A stretch of 64,000 nucleotides of DNA from Malacoraja senta (Eukaryota). The DNA lies in the NCBI GenBank assembly GCA_038087875.1, contig JAXLNO010000600.1:186001-250000 (forward strand), in the 5' to 3' direction. This document shows, in pieces, positions 13,414 to 26,300 of this stretch. The notes under the pieces were generated by a model. It was not told the origin of the DNA and made no database searches. It saw only the letters and a program-made list of their open reading frames with translations. The stretch's first letter is position 1, and every line of letters begins with the position of its first letter. The position numbers and the translations under genes were made by a program.

Positions 13414-16400
13414 GATAATCTGGACTCGTCCAGTGACTGCTGTGAAAGGACAGCTGAGAACATGGGAAAGTCCATGTGACAGCTTGGAGAGACAGCTGAC
13501 AGGAGGGAACAGACCCCACTGGGGCCGTCATGGGCTAGCTACCCATGACAGCAGTCCCCAACGCTGTTTCAGCTAGTTGGAGACACCCGCTAAATGCTAC
13601 TAAAAGTAAACTAAAGAGAATACCCATAGAGCCTTCGAGAGCGGGGGCGCAAGATGGCTCACCGATTGATAACACGGTTACAGACCCAGGAACGGAAACG
13701 ACTACGGACAAGGAGAGCATGGCACATGAGACATCCACAACAGCTGCGGGACACAAACTTCAGGTGTGCATCTGTGGTTGGGAGAAAATAACATCAGTGA
13801 AGGGCTTGAAGATCCACCAAGGGAAGAAAAAGTGCTTGAGAGAGCAGAAACATGGGCCTCGCATTGACCAGTACTTCTTACGAAGCAACCAGTCAAATCA
13901 GTCGAGTGAAGCACAGCGACGGGACACAAACCAAAGTTCGCAGAGCATCAGCACCCATGTCACTGAAGAGGGTGATACAAGCACAGAAATGCCGGTGGAG
14001 GAGCCCACGCAACAACTACAAAGACCTCCATTGGAGGGAAAGATCAAAGGGCACAAACCTGGAGTGAAATGGCCCAAAGCTGTTGAAAAGAAAGAGTGGG
14101 AGACGGTCAACAGTGACCTTATACATATCTTGGAGCAACAAGCGGGCACAGCAGTGGAAAAGCTTGAAAGGAAGGGCAACACAATCTACAGCTATGGAGA
14201 AGAACGGTTTGGGGTGAGTAAAGGGAGAGGTGGAAAGAAATTACCAACACCAATCAAGCCCAGGAGGCAGCAGGAGATCGAGAGGCTAATCAGAGAGAGG
14301 AGACAGTTGAAAACGCAATGGAAAAAAGCAACTGACGCAGAGAGAGAAGGTCTCATGCTACTCCAAGAGGACATCAAGAACCGATTGGCAACCTTGCAAA
14401 AAGCAGAGAACTTGAGGAAACTTCGCAAGAAAAAAGAACACACAAGAACACGGTTCTACAAAGACCCTTTCAAGTTCATCAAAGACCTCTTCGCAAAGGA
14501 AAAAAGTGGAACTTTGAAAACATCAAAACAGGAATTGGAGAAACACCTGGAAAAGGCCCACAAAGACACGAAAAGGCATGAGCAGTTAGTCATCCCACAT
14601 GACATCCTGCCTATTCAACCACCTGAATTCAACCTGGACACCAGCCCTCCGAGATGGAAAGAGGTGGAGAACACGGTCCGGCGAGCAAGAGCAGCATCAG
14701 CTCCGGGGCCAAACGGAGTACCATACAAGCTCTACAAGAACGCACCGGATGTGTTACGCTTTCTATGGAAGCTCATGAGGGTGGTGTGGAAGAAGCAAAC
14801 AATACCTAAGGCGTGGCGAAGGGCCGGCGGCGTGCTAATACCTAAAGAAAAGGATTCGTCAGACATCAGCCAATTCCGGCCAATATGTCTCCTCAACGTC
14901 GAGGGAAAAATCTTTTTCAGCATTGTATCACAAACGCTGTCCACCTATCTGGTAACAAACAAGTACATTGATACATCTGTACAGAAAGCAGGAATTCCAG
15001 GACTTTCGGGCTGCTTGGAGTATACAAGCATGATCTGGCACCAGATCCAAGCAGCTAAGAAGGACAAGAGAGACCTACATGTGATCTTCCTCGATCTGGC
15101 CAATGCATTTGGTTCAGTTCCCCATGAACTCCTTTGGGAATCTTTTGCCTTTTCCCATGTACCAGAGCTCATCACCCCACACTGGTCAAGAAATATTACC
15201 AAGACCTGCAGCTGTGCTTCGCAACAGCTGACTTCAGTACAACATGGCAGCGCTTGGAAGTAGGCATCATGGCAGGCTGCACACTCACCCTTGGCCTTTA
15301 CAATGGCCATGGAAGTCATCATCAGGGCCTCAAAATGGGTGGTGGGCGGTGAACGAACCAGGGCTGGGCTCCGTCTGCCACCCATCAGGGCATACATGGA
15401 CGACATGACAACACTAACCACTACAGCATGCACCAAGCGGCTACTTGGAAAGCTGCAGGAGAACATCAAATGGGCCCGAATGAAAATCAAACCAAGTAAA
15501 TCTCGAAGCATCTCCATAGTCAAGGGGGTGCTTAGAGACACAAGGTTCTGTATCGGTGACGACCCAATACCAACAGTGTCTGAGCAACCAGTTAAAAGCC
15601 TGGGCAGATGGTACAACGCAAGTCTCAAGGACAAAGAGCAGGTGCAACAACTAAGGCAAGAAATTGTCAACGGCCTGGAGAACATCAATCAAACCCTACT
15701 GCCTGGGAAACTGAAGCTCTGGTGCCTACAGTTTGGACTCCTTCCTCGGACAATGTGGCCACTGACCGTTTATGAAGCCGCAATAACTGTGGAGAAGATG
15801 GAGCGAACCATAACTTCATACGTGAAGAAATGGCTCGGTGTCCCACGATGTCTAACTAACATCGGCCTCTATGGCAAAGGGGTCCTGGAACTACCTCTCA
15901 CTAGTCCAACAGAGGAATATAAGTGTTCTAAAGTAAGACTCCAGATGACACTGAGGGACTCTAGAGACAAGATCATCAGTGCTGTTGCGCCGCCCCTAGC
16001 AACTGGCCGGAAGTGGACACCATCTGATGCAGTACAGCAAGCTTCATCAGCCCTGAGGCACAAAGACATAGTGGGGCAAGTCCAGCAGGGAAGAGGAGGC
16101 TTTGGCCTTACGACAAGTAAACCAACTTGGCGAAAGGCCACAACATCAGAGCGGAGGACGTTGGTGGTCAAGGAGGTGCGGCGACAGGAGGAGGCCGCAA
16201 GAAGTGCAAAGGCGGTCTCTCTTGCCAAGCAGGGGCAATGGATGCAGTGGGAAGGTGTGGAGCGGAGGAAGATCAGCTGGAAAGAACTATGGGAAATGGA
16301 AGCAAGCAAGATCAGCTTCATCATCAGAGCGACATATGACGTGCTTCCATCACCAAAGAACCTCCATCAGTGGTACGGTGAGGATCCAACCTGTGCCATC

Positions 16401-17356
16401 TGCCCAACTCCAGCAACCCTCAAACACATCATGGTAGGCTGCAAGACCAGCCTCACGCAAGGGAGATACACGTGGCGGCATAATCAGGTACTAAAAAGCC
16501 TGGCATCAGCCCTTGAGAACAGGCGGTGTGCAACCAACTCCTTGCCTCCGAGAGCAAGCAACCCCCCCCCCCCCCCCTAAGGGTAACAACCTTTGTCCGA
16601 GAAGGACAGAAAACATCTAAACTTCCTTCCACCAGATCAGAAGAAGGAAACCTATGCAGGGCCCGTGACTGGAGGATGCTGGCGGACATCGGCCGACAAA
16701 TAATTTTTCCACCTGAAATTGCTTCCACCAACCTCAGGCCAGACTTGGTGTTCTGGTCCTCTTCACAGAAGACTGCTTACATCATAGAGCTCACAGTTCC
16801 ATGGGAGAACTCTGTTGAGGAGGCCTATGAGCGTAAGAAGCTGCGCTACGCAGAGCTTGCAGCAGAGGCAACGCAGCATGGCTGGAACACAAAAGTCTAT
16901 CCAGTTGAAGTGGGATGCAGAGGATTTGTTGCGTCATCTACCATCAGACTGGTGAAGGAGCTTGGAATCCATGGTCAGGCTCTGCGGAAGACCATAAGAT
17001 CACTCTCAGAGGCGGCTGAAAGAAGCAGCCGGTGGATTTGGCTCAAGCGGAAAGACCCATGCTGGGCCCCAAGTATGTCGGGGTGAATCTTTGGGACTGT
17101 TTGACACGGGACACGCGCTGAGGGTTGATCACCCTGCAGCGGGTCGCCCTTGTGGAGGGTGTATAGTGTTAAAAGGCCGAAACACCCAGTGATGCAAGGG
17201 TACACTACTGATGATGTGTCCTGTGCCCAACTGTCCTGAAGGTTACCCCCCCGATGTTGAGCGTCTACCACTCTCAACAATCAACGAATGTCGTGAAATG
17301 CTCCCCACCTATTGGCACAAGGGACTTCTTAACATCTTGTCCTGTGTACTTGATTC
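13414..17356 (+). mobile_element. Near full-length R2-group (Hero-like) non-LTR retrotransposon with restriction-like endonuclease; several frameshifts
   Basis: ORFs 13545-15263, 15291-16580 and 16526-17086: N-terminal zinc finger CICGW...KIHQGKKKC, RT motifs SAPGPNG, FRPICLLN, LDLANAFGSV and YMDD, then CCHC and PD..E..K REL domain. Confidence 0.88.
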
Positions 17357-19310
17357 TTTGGTCGCAGAACTTTTTTCCAACATGTTGAAAAAATTGCTGT
17401 GACCATACTGAGGCCGCGACTAGTTCCCAGAATGCGGGAACTCCTCGCGACCATGAAGGAGACTTACCAGAGACCATGTGCCGATCATGAGGCGAGCGCA
17501 GAGTCTCCTGCACTCGCCTAAAAAGGCGCCTAAGTGGGACAGGCCCTTTGGTGTGCGGGGATCGCTGGTCAGCGCGGACCCGGTGGGCCGAGGCCCTTGT
17601 TTCCGCGCTGTGTCTCTAAACTACACAAAACTAAAAGTAAGAATTTCACTGTTGTGTCTCTTGTCTCTCTTCCATTCTCAGCAGTGCCAGTCTACAGCCG
17701 CTATCCTTCAGTATTTATGCACATGATGGTGCCGGCATTTAATTTTATTTCACTTAAAGACCCAGCACTGGAGAAAGCCACCGGCTCGGGCCTGACCCAC
17801 TGAGCCACTCCAACACTTTTGTCATTTTTAAAAATATAAACCAGCACTTGCAGTTCCTTGTGCCTACACTTTATTTATTTTATTTAAATCCTTTATTTCG
17901 AGCAGAAAAATTAAAAGCAAATATGAAACAGCATACAAAAAACAAAACAAGAATATTTATAAAGTGTCATAAACAATATTTATAAATAAATGAATCGTAT
18001 GTGTCCGAAAAGGAGCAGGAAGAAGCCAAAGCTTATTAATTCCCACCCCTTATTCAACTGCTTATAATTATCTTATACAAATTTAGCAGCTATAAACACC
18101 TATTTCCATATGTACACCAAATTATTTACATATATATATATATACTAATCAAATATTTGCACTGTTCTGTGATCAGTTTTGGTCACTAAAGGAAAAATGC
18201 TAAAAAGCTGGAAAGAACGAAAAGAGCTGGAAAATAGACAATAGACAATAGACAATTGGTGCAGGAGTAGGCCATTCGGCCCTTCGAGCCAGCACCGCCA
18301 TTCAATGTGATCATGGCTGATCATCCCCAATCAGTACCCCGTTCCTGCCTTCTCCCCATATCCCCTGACTCCGCTATTGTTAAGAGCCCTATCTAGCTCT
18401 CTCTTGAAAGTATCCAGAGAACCCGCCTCCACCGCCCTCTGAGGCAGAGAATTCCACAGACATGTGGAATCTGTCTATCCTATCTGTAGTGGGTAGATAG
18501 TGAGCCGAAAGGCCTGTTTCCACGCTGAATCTCTGCAACTGTTCGTCCATCGTGCATAGAGTGGATGTGGAGAGGATGTTTCCACTCGTGGGAGAGTCTA
18601 GGACCAGAGGGCACAGCCTCAGAATAAATGGACGTTCCTTAAATCAGCATCTGCAGTCCTTTCCTACATACTCCTTCGGGAAGGAGATGAGGAGGAATCT
18701 CTTTAGCCAGAGGGTGGTGATTCTGTGGAATTCATTGCCACAGACGGCTGTGGAGGCCACAAGTCAGTGGATATTTTTAAGGCAGAGATAGATAGATTCT
18801 TGATTAGTACGGTTGTCAGGGGTTATGGGGAGAAGGCAGGAGAATGGGGTTAGGAGGGGGAGATAGATAGCCTTGTTATTTAAGAAGGAATTGCAGATGC
18901 GAGAAAATCGAAGGTGGACAGAAATGCCGGAGAAACTCAGCGGGTGAGGCAGCATCTATGGAGCGAAGGAAATAGGCGACGTTTCGGGCCGAAACGTTGC
19001 CTATTTCCTTCGCGCCATAGATGCTGCCTCACCCGCTGAGTTTCTCCAGCACTTTTGTCTATCTTCATATATAGTTTTGTTTAGTTTAGAGATACAGCGC
19101 AGAAACAGGCCCTTCGGCCCACCGAGTCCGCACCGACCAGCGTTCCCCGCACACTAACACTATCCTACTTCGATAGATCAGCCATGATTGAATGGTGGAC
19201 CCGATGGGCCGAATGGCCTAATTCTTCCCCTATGTCTTATGGTCTTAGGGACTTGAACGGATAGCACACAAACACATCTTCTCACGGCATCTCAGACGAC
19301 GAGAACTCAC

Positions 19311-19421
19311 CTCCTCGGGGACTCCCAGCCTCTTCGCTGGGATCTTCGAGATGTTATCCTTGAACAAACGGGGTCCCAGTTCCTTGTAGTTTGCCACTGC
19401 TGACTCGGAAAAAATGGTTCC
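19311..19421 (-). CDS. PECR: PECR exon 6
   Basis: 111 nt, ctcacAG / GTGAGT. GTIFSESAVANYKELGPRLFKDNISKIPAKRLGVPEE. Confidence 0.96.
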
Positions 19422-20065
19422 CTGTGAGGGTGGAAAGTTTAGTGTAGTTATACAGCGCAGAAACATTGAATAATAGGCGCAGGAGTAGGCCAATCGGCCA
19501 TTATTAATCGTTTAAGAAGGAACTGCAGATGCAGAGAATGGAGAGGCTGGGCTTGTACACTCTGGAGTTTAGAAGGATGAGAGGCTATCTCATTGAAACA
19601 TATAAGATTACTAAGGGTTTGGACATGCTAGAGGCAGGAAACATGTTCCCGATGTTGGGGTAGTCCAGAACCAGGAGCCACAGTTTAAGAATAAGGAGTA
19701 AGCCATTTAGAACAGAGACGAGGAAACACTTTTTCTCACAGAGAGTGGTGAGTCTGTGGAATTCTCTGCCTCAGAGGGCGGTGGAGGCCGGTTCTCTGGA
19801 TGCTTTCAAGAGAGAGCTAGATAGGGCTCTTAAAGATAGCAGAGTCAGGGGATATAGGGAGAAGGCAGGAACGGGGTACTGATTGGGGATGGTCAGCCAT
19901 GATCACATTGAATGGCGGTGCTGGCTCCAAGGGCCGAAAGGCCTACTCCTGCACCTATTGTCTATTGTCTATGTATGGCTGGTCGGCACGGGCTGGGTGG
20001 GCCGAAGGGCCTGTTTCCGCGCTGTATCTCTGGATGCAGACTCTAGTCTGGACAGCTGGTGGTCA

Positions 20066-20281
<216 letters not shown>

Positions 20282-22680
20282 CTAGTTACAGGTCGACCTC
20301 AAGCAGTCAGAACTTCAAGAGTCCTTTCATCTTTAGTTTAGTTTAGCTTTGGTGTTATTTTATCCAGGGAAAGAACTGCAGATGTTGGTTTACACTGAAT
20401 ATAGACACAAAAAGCTGGAGTAACTGAGCGGGACAGGCAGCATCTCGAGAGAGAAGGAATGGGTGACGTTTCGGGTCGAAACCCTTCTTCTGAGTCTGAA
20501 GATGGGTCGCGACCCAAAACATTACCCATTCCTTCTATCCAGGAATACTGCCTGTCCAGCATTTTGAGTTTATCTTAGTTTAGTGTTAGTTTGCTGTTAG
20601 TTTAGTGTTAGTTTGTTTAGTTGAAGTTTTTGTTTGGTTTGGTTTGTTGCAAGCTAACCAGTCAGGGGAAAGACTATACATCGAGCTGTTCGCGGTGTAC
20701 AAATACATGATAAGGGAATAACGTTTAGTGCAAGGTAAAGCCAGCAAAGTCCAATCAAGGATAGTCCGAGGGTCACCAATGAGGTAGATGGGAGGTCAGG
20801 ACCGCTCTCTAGTTGATGAGAGGACGGTTCAGTTGCCTGATAACAGCTGGGAAGAAACTGTCCCTGAATCTGGAGGTGTGTGCGCTCGTTTTCACACTTC
20901 TGTACCTCTTGCCCGATGGGAGAGGGGAGGAGAGGGAATGACCAGGGGTGAGACTGGTCCTTGATTATGCTGCTGGCCTTGCCGAGGCAGCGTGAGGTGT
21001 AGATGGAGGCGATGGAAGGGAGGTTGGTTTGTGTGACGGTCTGGGCTGCGTCCACAACTCATTTAAGTTTTAAAGTTTAAGTTCGGTTTAGTTTAGGAAG
21101 GAATTGCAGATGCTGGTTTAAACCAAAGATAGATACAAAAGGCTGGAGTAACTCTGTGGGTCAGGCAGCATCTCTGGAGAAAAGGAATAGGTGATGTTTC
21201 AGTCTGAAGAAGGGTCTCAACCTGAAACGTCACCTATTCCTTCTCTCCAGAGATGCTGCCTGACCCGCTGAGTTACTCCAGCCTTTTGTGATGGTCTTTA
21301 GTTTAGTTTATTGTCCACTGTATGGAGGTACAGTGAAATGCTTTATTATTGCATGCCCTCCAGTCAGCGGATAGACTATACATGACTACACACCAAGATT
21401 AATTTAGTTTAGAGATACAGCGCGGAAACAGGCCCTTCGGCCCAGAGTCCGTGCCGACCAGCGATATACTAGTACTAGCCTACACACTCAGTACAATTTA
21501 CAATTTTTACCGAAGCCAATTAACCTGCACGACTTTGGAGTGTGGGAGGAAACCAGAGTACCCGGAGAAAACCCACGGGGTCACGGGGAGAACGTGCAAA
21601 CTCCATACAGACAGCACCCATAGTTCAGGATGGAACCCGGGTCTCTGGCGCTGTGAGGCAGCAGCTCTACCCGCTGCGCCACCGTGCCTGCCCTAAAGGA
21701 GAGGCTTTACATTAGAGTACTTCACTTTAAAGTAATTACTTTACGAAAGTAAAGTGTGAAGTCTACAGAGGACAGGAATGAGGCGGGGGTGAGGGAGCAG
21801 GGTGGGGAGGAAGATTAGCATTGCAGGCTGATGATCTGTACACATAGGAGCAGGGTGCTGACAGACCTGTTTCTATTTTTTTGTAACCAAAATTAATTTG
21901 AATCAACTATTTGCAAAAATGGTAGTATGTACTTAGTTGGTAGGGGATCTCATTGATACATAAGATTATTAAGGGTTTGGACACGCAGGAGGCTGGAAAC
22001 ATGTTCCCGATGGGGGAGTCCAGAACCAGGGGCCACAGTTTAAGAATAAGGGGTAAGCCATTTAGTACGGAGACGAGGAAACACTTTTTCACAGAGAGTT
22101 GTGAGTCTGTCGAATTCTCCGCCTCAGAGGGCGGTGGAGGCCGGTTCGCTGGATACTTTCAAGAGAGAGCTAGATAGGGCTCTTAAGATAGCGGTCAGGG
22201 GATATGGGGAGAAGGCAGGAACGGGTACTGATTGGGGATGATCAGCCATGATCACATTGAATGGCGGTGCTGGCTCGAAGGGCCGAAAGGCCTACTCCTG
22301 CACCTAATGTCTATTGTCTATTGGTACAGTATAAAAAATACAAACAAACCCACCACCATAATACAAAATAAAGCAAATATTCTAAAATATTGAATATTAA
22401 ATTACTATTTCCCCATCCTTATTGAGGGTGTCTCCCCCCACCCCCCACGATGCCAAGCTGTCCCGGAAATCCCCCAGAGCGCCCGTGGACAGCGCGTAGT
22501 CCCTCTCTAACACCCCCCGGGCACGGGCGTAACCCCGGAAAAGGGGCAGGCAGCCGGCTCGGGCGAGACTCCGGCCTGCATGTGCAGGCTTCCGTGAATC
22601 AACATCCCCATGCGTGCAGGGTTCCTGGGTGTCACCCGCCCCCCCCCCCTTCCCAAACCAGGGATGAAACGGCCACTCAC

Positions 22681-22762
22681 GCCATCCCCGGGAACCCTTT
22701 CCACATGTCCGCTACCACGTTGACGATGGAACCGCCGTTGTCTCTCATCCACGAGCGATACA
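22681..22762 (-). CDS. PECR: PECR exon 4
   Basis: 82 nt, cattgcAG / GTGAGT. (V)YRSWMRDNGGSIVNVVADMWKGFPGM(A). Confidence 0.96.
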
Positions 22763-22807
22763 CTGCAATGGAGAGAGCACAGAGCGAGCGTTAGGGAGGG
22801 GAAAGAG

Positions 22808-23117
22808 GCGGCATGGTGGCGCAGCGGGTAGAGCTGCTGCCTCACAGCGCCAGAGACCCGGGTTCCATCCTGACTACAGTGCTGTCTGTACGGAGTTTGT
22901 ACCTTCTCCCCGTGACCTGCGTGGGTTTTCTCCGGGTGCTCCGGTTTCCTCCCACACTCCAAAGATGTGCAAGTTTGTAGGTTAATTGGCTTGGTGTAAA
23001 TGTAAAAATTGTCCCTAGTGGGTGTAGGACAGTGTTAATGTGCGGGGATCGCTGGTCGGCGCGGACCCGGTGGGCCGAAGGACCTGTTTCCGCGCTGTAT
23101 CTCTAAACTAAACTAAA
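22808..23117 (+). mobile_element. Intact HE1-like V-SINE (representative)
   Basis: tRNA-like A/B boxes, V-core, CR1-like tail and (CTAAA)n end. Other copies at about 21403-21694(-), 28914-29212(+), 33960-34172(+), 46153-46438(-), 54645-54906(-), 56440-56722(-), 61110-61395(-) and 63230-63520(+). Confidence 0.88.
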
Positions 23118-23388
23118 GTAAATGTACAGGTTTGTAGGTTGATTGGCCTCTGTAAATTGCCTTGAGTGTGTGTAGGGTGGGACTAGTTCACAGGTTATAG
23201 GAGTACAATTAGGCCATTTGGCCCATCAAGTCCACTCTGCCATTCAATCATGGCTGATCTTTGCCTCCTAATCCCATTCTCCTGCCTTCTCCCCGTAACC
23301 CTTGACACCCGTTCTAATCAAGAATCTATTTATCTCTGCCTTAAAAATATCCACTGACTTGTGGCCTCCACAGCCGTCTGTGGCAATG

Positions 23389-26300
23389 AATAGTAAGATT
23401 AAACGAGAACTTACCAGTTTGAAGTTTGATCTTGCTTTTATGAGGAGTTACGATGAGCGATTACGTGAAGAAGGAACGTCAGTCCGCATGCGCGTCAATC
23501 TTCAAAGCAGCGGTGTGAAATCACAGAAAAGAGAAATGACCTGAGGATAGTAAGATTGAGAACTGGAAACTACCAGATGACCTTGATAATATGAGGGAGG
23601 GAGCGGTGGGCACATAATCGCTCATCGTAACTCCTCATAAAATCAAGATCAAACTTCAAACTGGTAAGTTCTCGTTTAATCTTACTATTTTACTTCGGAG
23701 TCACGTGAGTGACTACGTGAAGATTTTAAAGCTCTGTGACTTCACGCCGGATACGAGTCCAATCATCACACACTGAATGGATTGACCATGGATGAGTGAA
23801 AAGGTAAAGCATTCAGGCATAACTTTAGTTAAGTAATAAAACTGATGCTTTAATATGAAAAAGAAAAAAATAATAATAGTAACCTTACCCATCCTGGGGG
23901 GAAACTACAAAACAGAATTTAAAATGGTACGTGCAAACACCCCTGGTCCGGCAATAGGTTTGTTGTAAAACCGGTGGAATATTCGTTCATTGGCCCATCC
24001 TGCAGCCGCTAGGATGTTTTCGAGGGGTACGTCCATTGCTCTTGCTGCCGACGTAGATGCAGCCCTGGTGGAGTGAGATTTAAAAGTGTCAATGTTCACT
24101 CCTGCACTCGCCAGTACCTCCTTTAACCATCTGGAAATGGTTTGTGCTGATACCTTATGGTGAGGCTTTTTGTAACTGATTAGGACCGATTGCTCAGAGC
24201 CTCTGAGGTCCTTGGTGACTTTAATGTAATGGCGTAAATGTGTTACGACACACAACCGTGGATCCTCGGGATATGCCAGGAACTCTATCTTGAGCCCTGG
24301 CACCACTGGCCTGCTTTGTTTGATCAAGCCCTCTATGAAAAAGGTTATAATATTTACATTGGTGGTCATGAAGTCGAGGCGCAGCTTGAGCAAAGTCTGG
24401 ACTCGCTGCGCAGTTACCAGCGCCATTAGCATGACCACTTTTAGGGTGAGCTTTGATGAGGGTAGAGAGGGAGCTGGCGCCCACTGGCGAAGCAGTGTAA
24501 GCACTACGCTCACGTCCCATATGTCCGTGTACTGGGGTCTTGGTGGTATGGAATTAAAAATGCCCTTCATGAACCTAGTTATTAAAGGGTGCGTCCCTAC
24601 CGTCTGGTGCCCTGACCCCAGCATTAAATAGGAGGATAGTGCGCTTCTGGCACTATTGATGGCACTGTAGCTCAGTTTTTGGTCATAGTACAGGGCAGAT
24701 AGAAACTCCAGGACATCCGTGATGCGTGCTGTATTATACGAGATATTTGAGACAGAACAGAACATCTCCCACTTCTTGATGTGAGAGACGTACTGTTTTT
24801 GTGTACTGTCCCTCCAGGCCGCTGTCATCACATCCACGTTTCGTTTAGAGAGTCCAAGCCCCAGGTATGGTCCCCTCAGAATCTGCAAACCAATAGATTG
24901 ATTCGGTCATGGAGAGGATGGATGTTCCCCGTTACTGGGTGAACGAGAAGTTCCCTGCTTTTAGGGACAGCCATAAAAGGCTGTGTTATTATTCCCAGGA
25001 CTTGTGGAAACCAATACTGTGTAGGCCAGTCAGGCACTACCAAAATGCCTGGGGCATTGTCTTGCTTGATTTTTGCCAAGCATCGGCCGATGAGGCAAAA
25101 TGGGGGAAAAGCATATAGAAAAATTCCTCCCCAGTGTAGTTAAAACGCATCTATTGCCACTGCCCCTGGGTCTGGCTCCCAGGACATATATTTGGGTAAT
25201 TGGTGATTTAATCTGGATGCGAACAAATCAATATCCGGGATACCATACCAGGTGCTTATATTGTTAAATGCTGCACGATTCAGCATCCATTCTGTGTTGT
25301 CGTTGAAAATCCGTGATCTGGTGTCCGCCACCGTGTTGTATCTACCTCGTAGGTAGACAGCTGAGACTCAAATGTCCCTCGTAATACACCAATGCCAAAT
25401 AAGATTTGCCAATCTATCACAAGACACAGACTTAACACCACCCATGTGATTAATATACGCCACCGCGGTAGTGTTGTCAATCTGGAGCTGAACATGCACA
25501 TGTTGCATAGTGCTGCAAAAAGCCTTCAGCCCATAGTGAGCCCCCAACAACTCTAAGTAGGTAATACCACGTTGCTGAAGAATTAAGGACTCCTGCTCAT
25601 TCCACCTCCCACCACAGCTGGAGATGGTATCAGTTGCTCCCCATCCTAGGCCGCTGGCATCGGTTTGTAAGACGACCGATGGAGTATCCAACAAAATATC
25701 CCTGGAGCTATGACGTATATTCGTTATCCACCATTGTAGTTCAGCAATGGCCACGGCTGGCAATCGCATTGGTCTACCGTATTGGCCAGCGTGGGATCTG
25801 AGTGCCTGTTCCTTTGCACGTTGTAAATTTTGATAGTGCAAAGGTCCGTAACGCACTGCTGGAAATGCCGCCACTAGTTTGCCAATTACACTTGCTGTTT
25901 GTCTAATTGATGTCTTTTGTTTCACAATAAGGTCATTACAAGCTTTGGTTAACTCTAATTGTTTGCCCCTAGGCAGAGTTACTGACATGTGGATTGAGTT
26001 AATTGTAAACCCCAGGTAATCCATAACCCTGGTAGGTGTCAACTTGGACTTAACTGGATGGATGAGAAAGCCCAATCTTTCAAACATGAGTTTGGTGACT
26101 GAGACAGATGATTCTGCCGATAGCTCGGTGACCCCAAAAATGAGGATGTCATCCAAATATGCCATGACCATGTGGTTCTGAGCTCGTAATAGCCCCAGAA
26201 TGGGTTTCAGTAGTTTGGTAAATAGTCTGGGAGCTGAATCAGTCAGCCCATTGGGCAATGCTTTGAACTGCCATAATTGACCCATCCAGTTAAATTTCAA

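Larger units (their letters stand above)
11517..17547. mobile_element. PIF/Harbinger-like non-autonomous element inserted in a SINE and carrying the Hero tandem
   Basis: TIRs AGGGCCTGTCCCACTTAGGCG / CGCCTAAGTGGGACAGGCCCT. Flanks TTA/TTG fit a 3-bp TWA TSD with one change. The SINE sequence GGATAGTG-TTA-GTGTGCGGGGATCG rejoins across the element. Confidence 0.7.

Noticed and set aside
12082..17356. LTR retrotransposon (1.33-kb direct repeats)
   Set aside because: The repeats contain coding CCHC/REL sequence, lack TG...CA ends, PBS and integrase, and the RT is non-LTR type.
22808..22880. tRNA gene
   Set aside because: tRNA-like A/B boxes continue into a V-SINE core and tail in many dispersed copies; these are SINE heads.
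23905..25331. Phage integrase and DNA methyltransferase suggesting a prophage or contamination
   Set aside because: Both are normal components of DIRS elements and sit with RT/RNase H inside DIRS termini.
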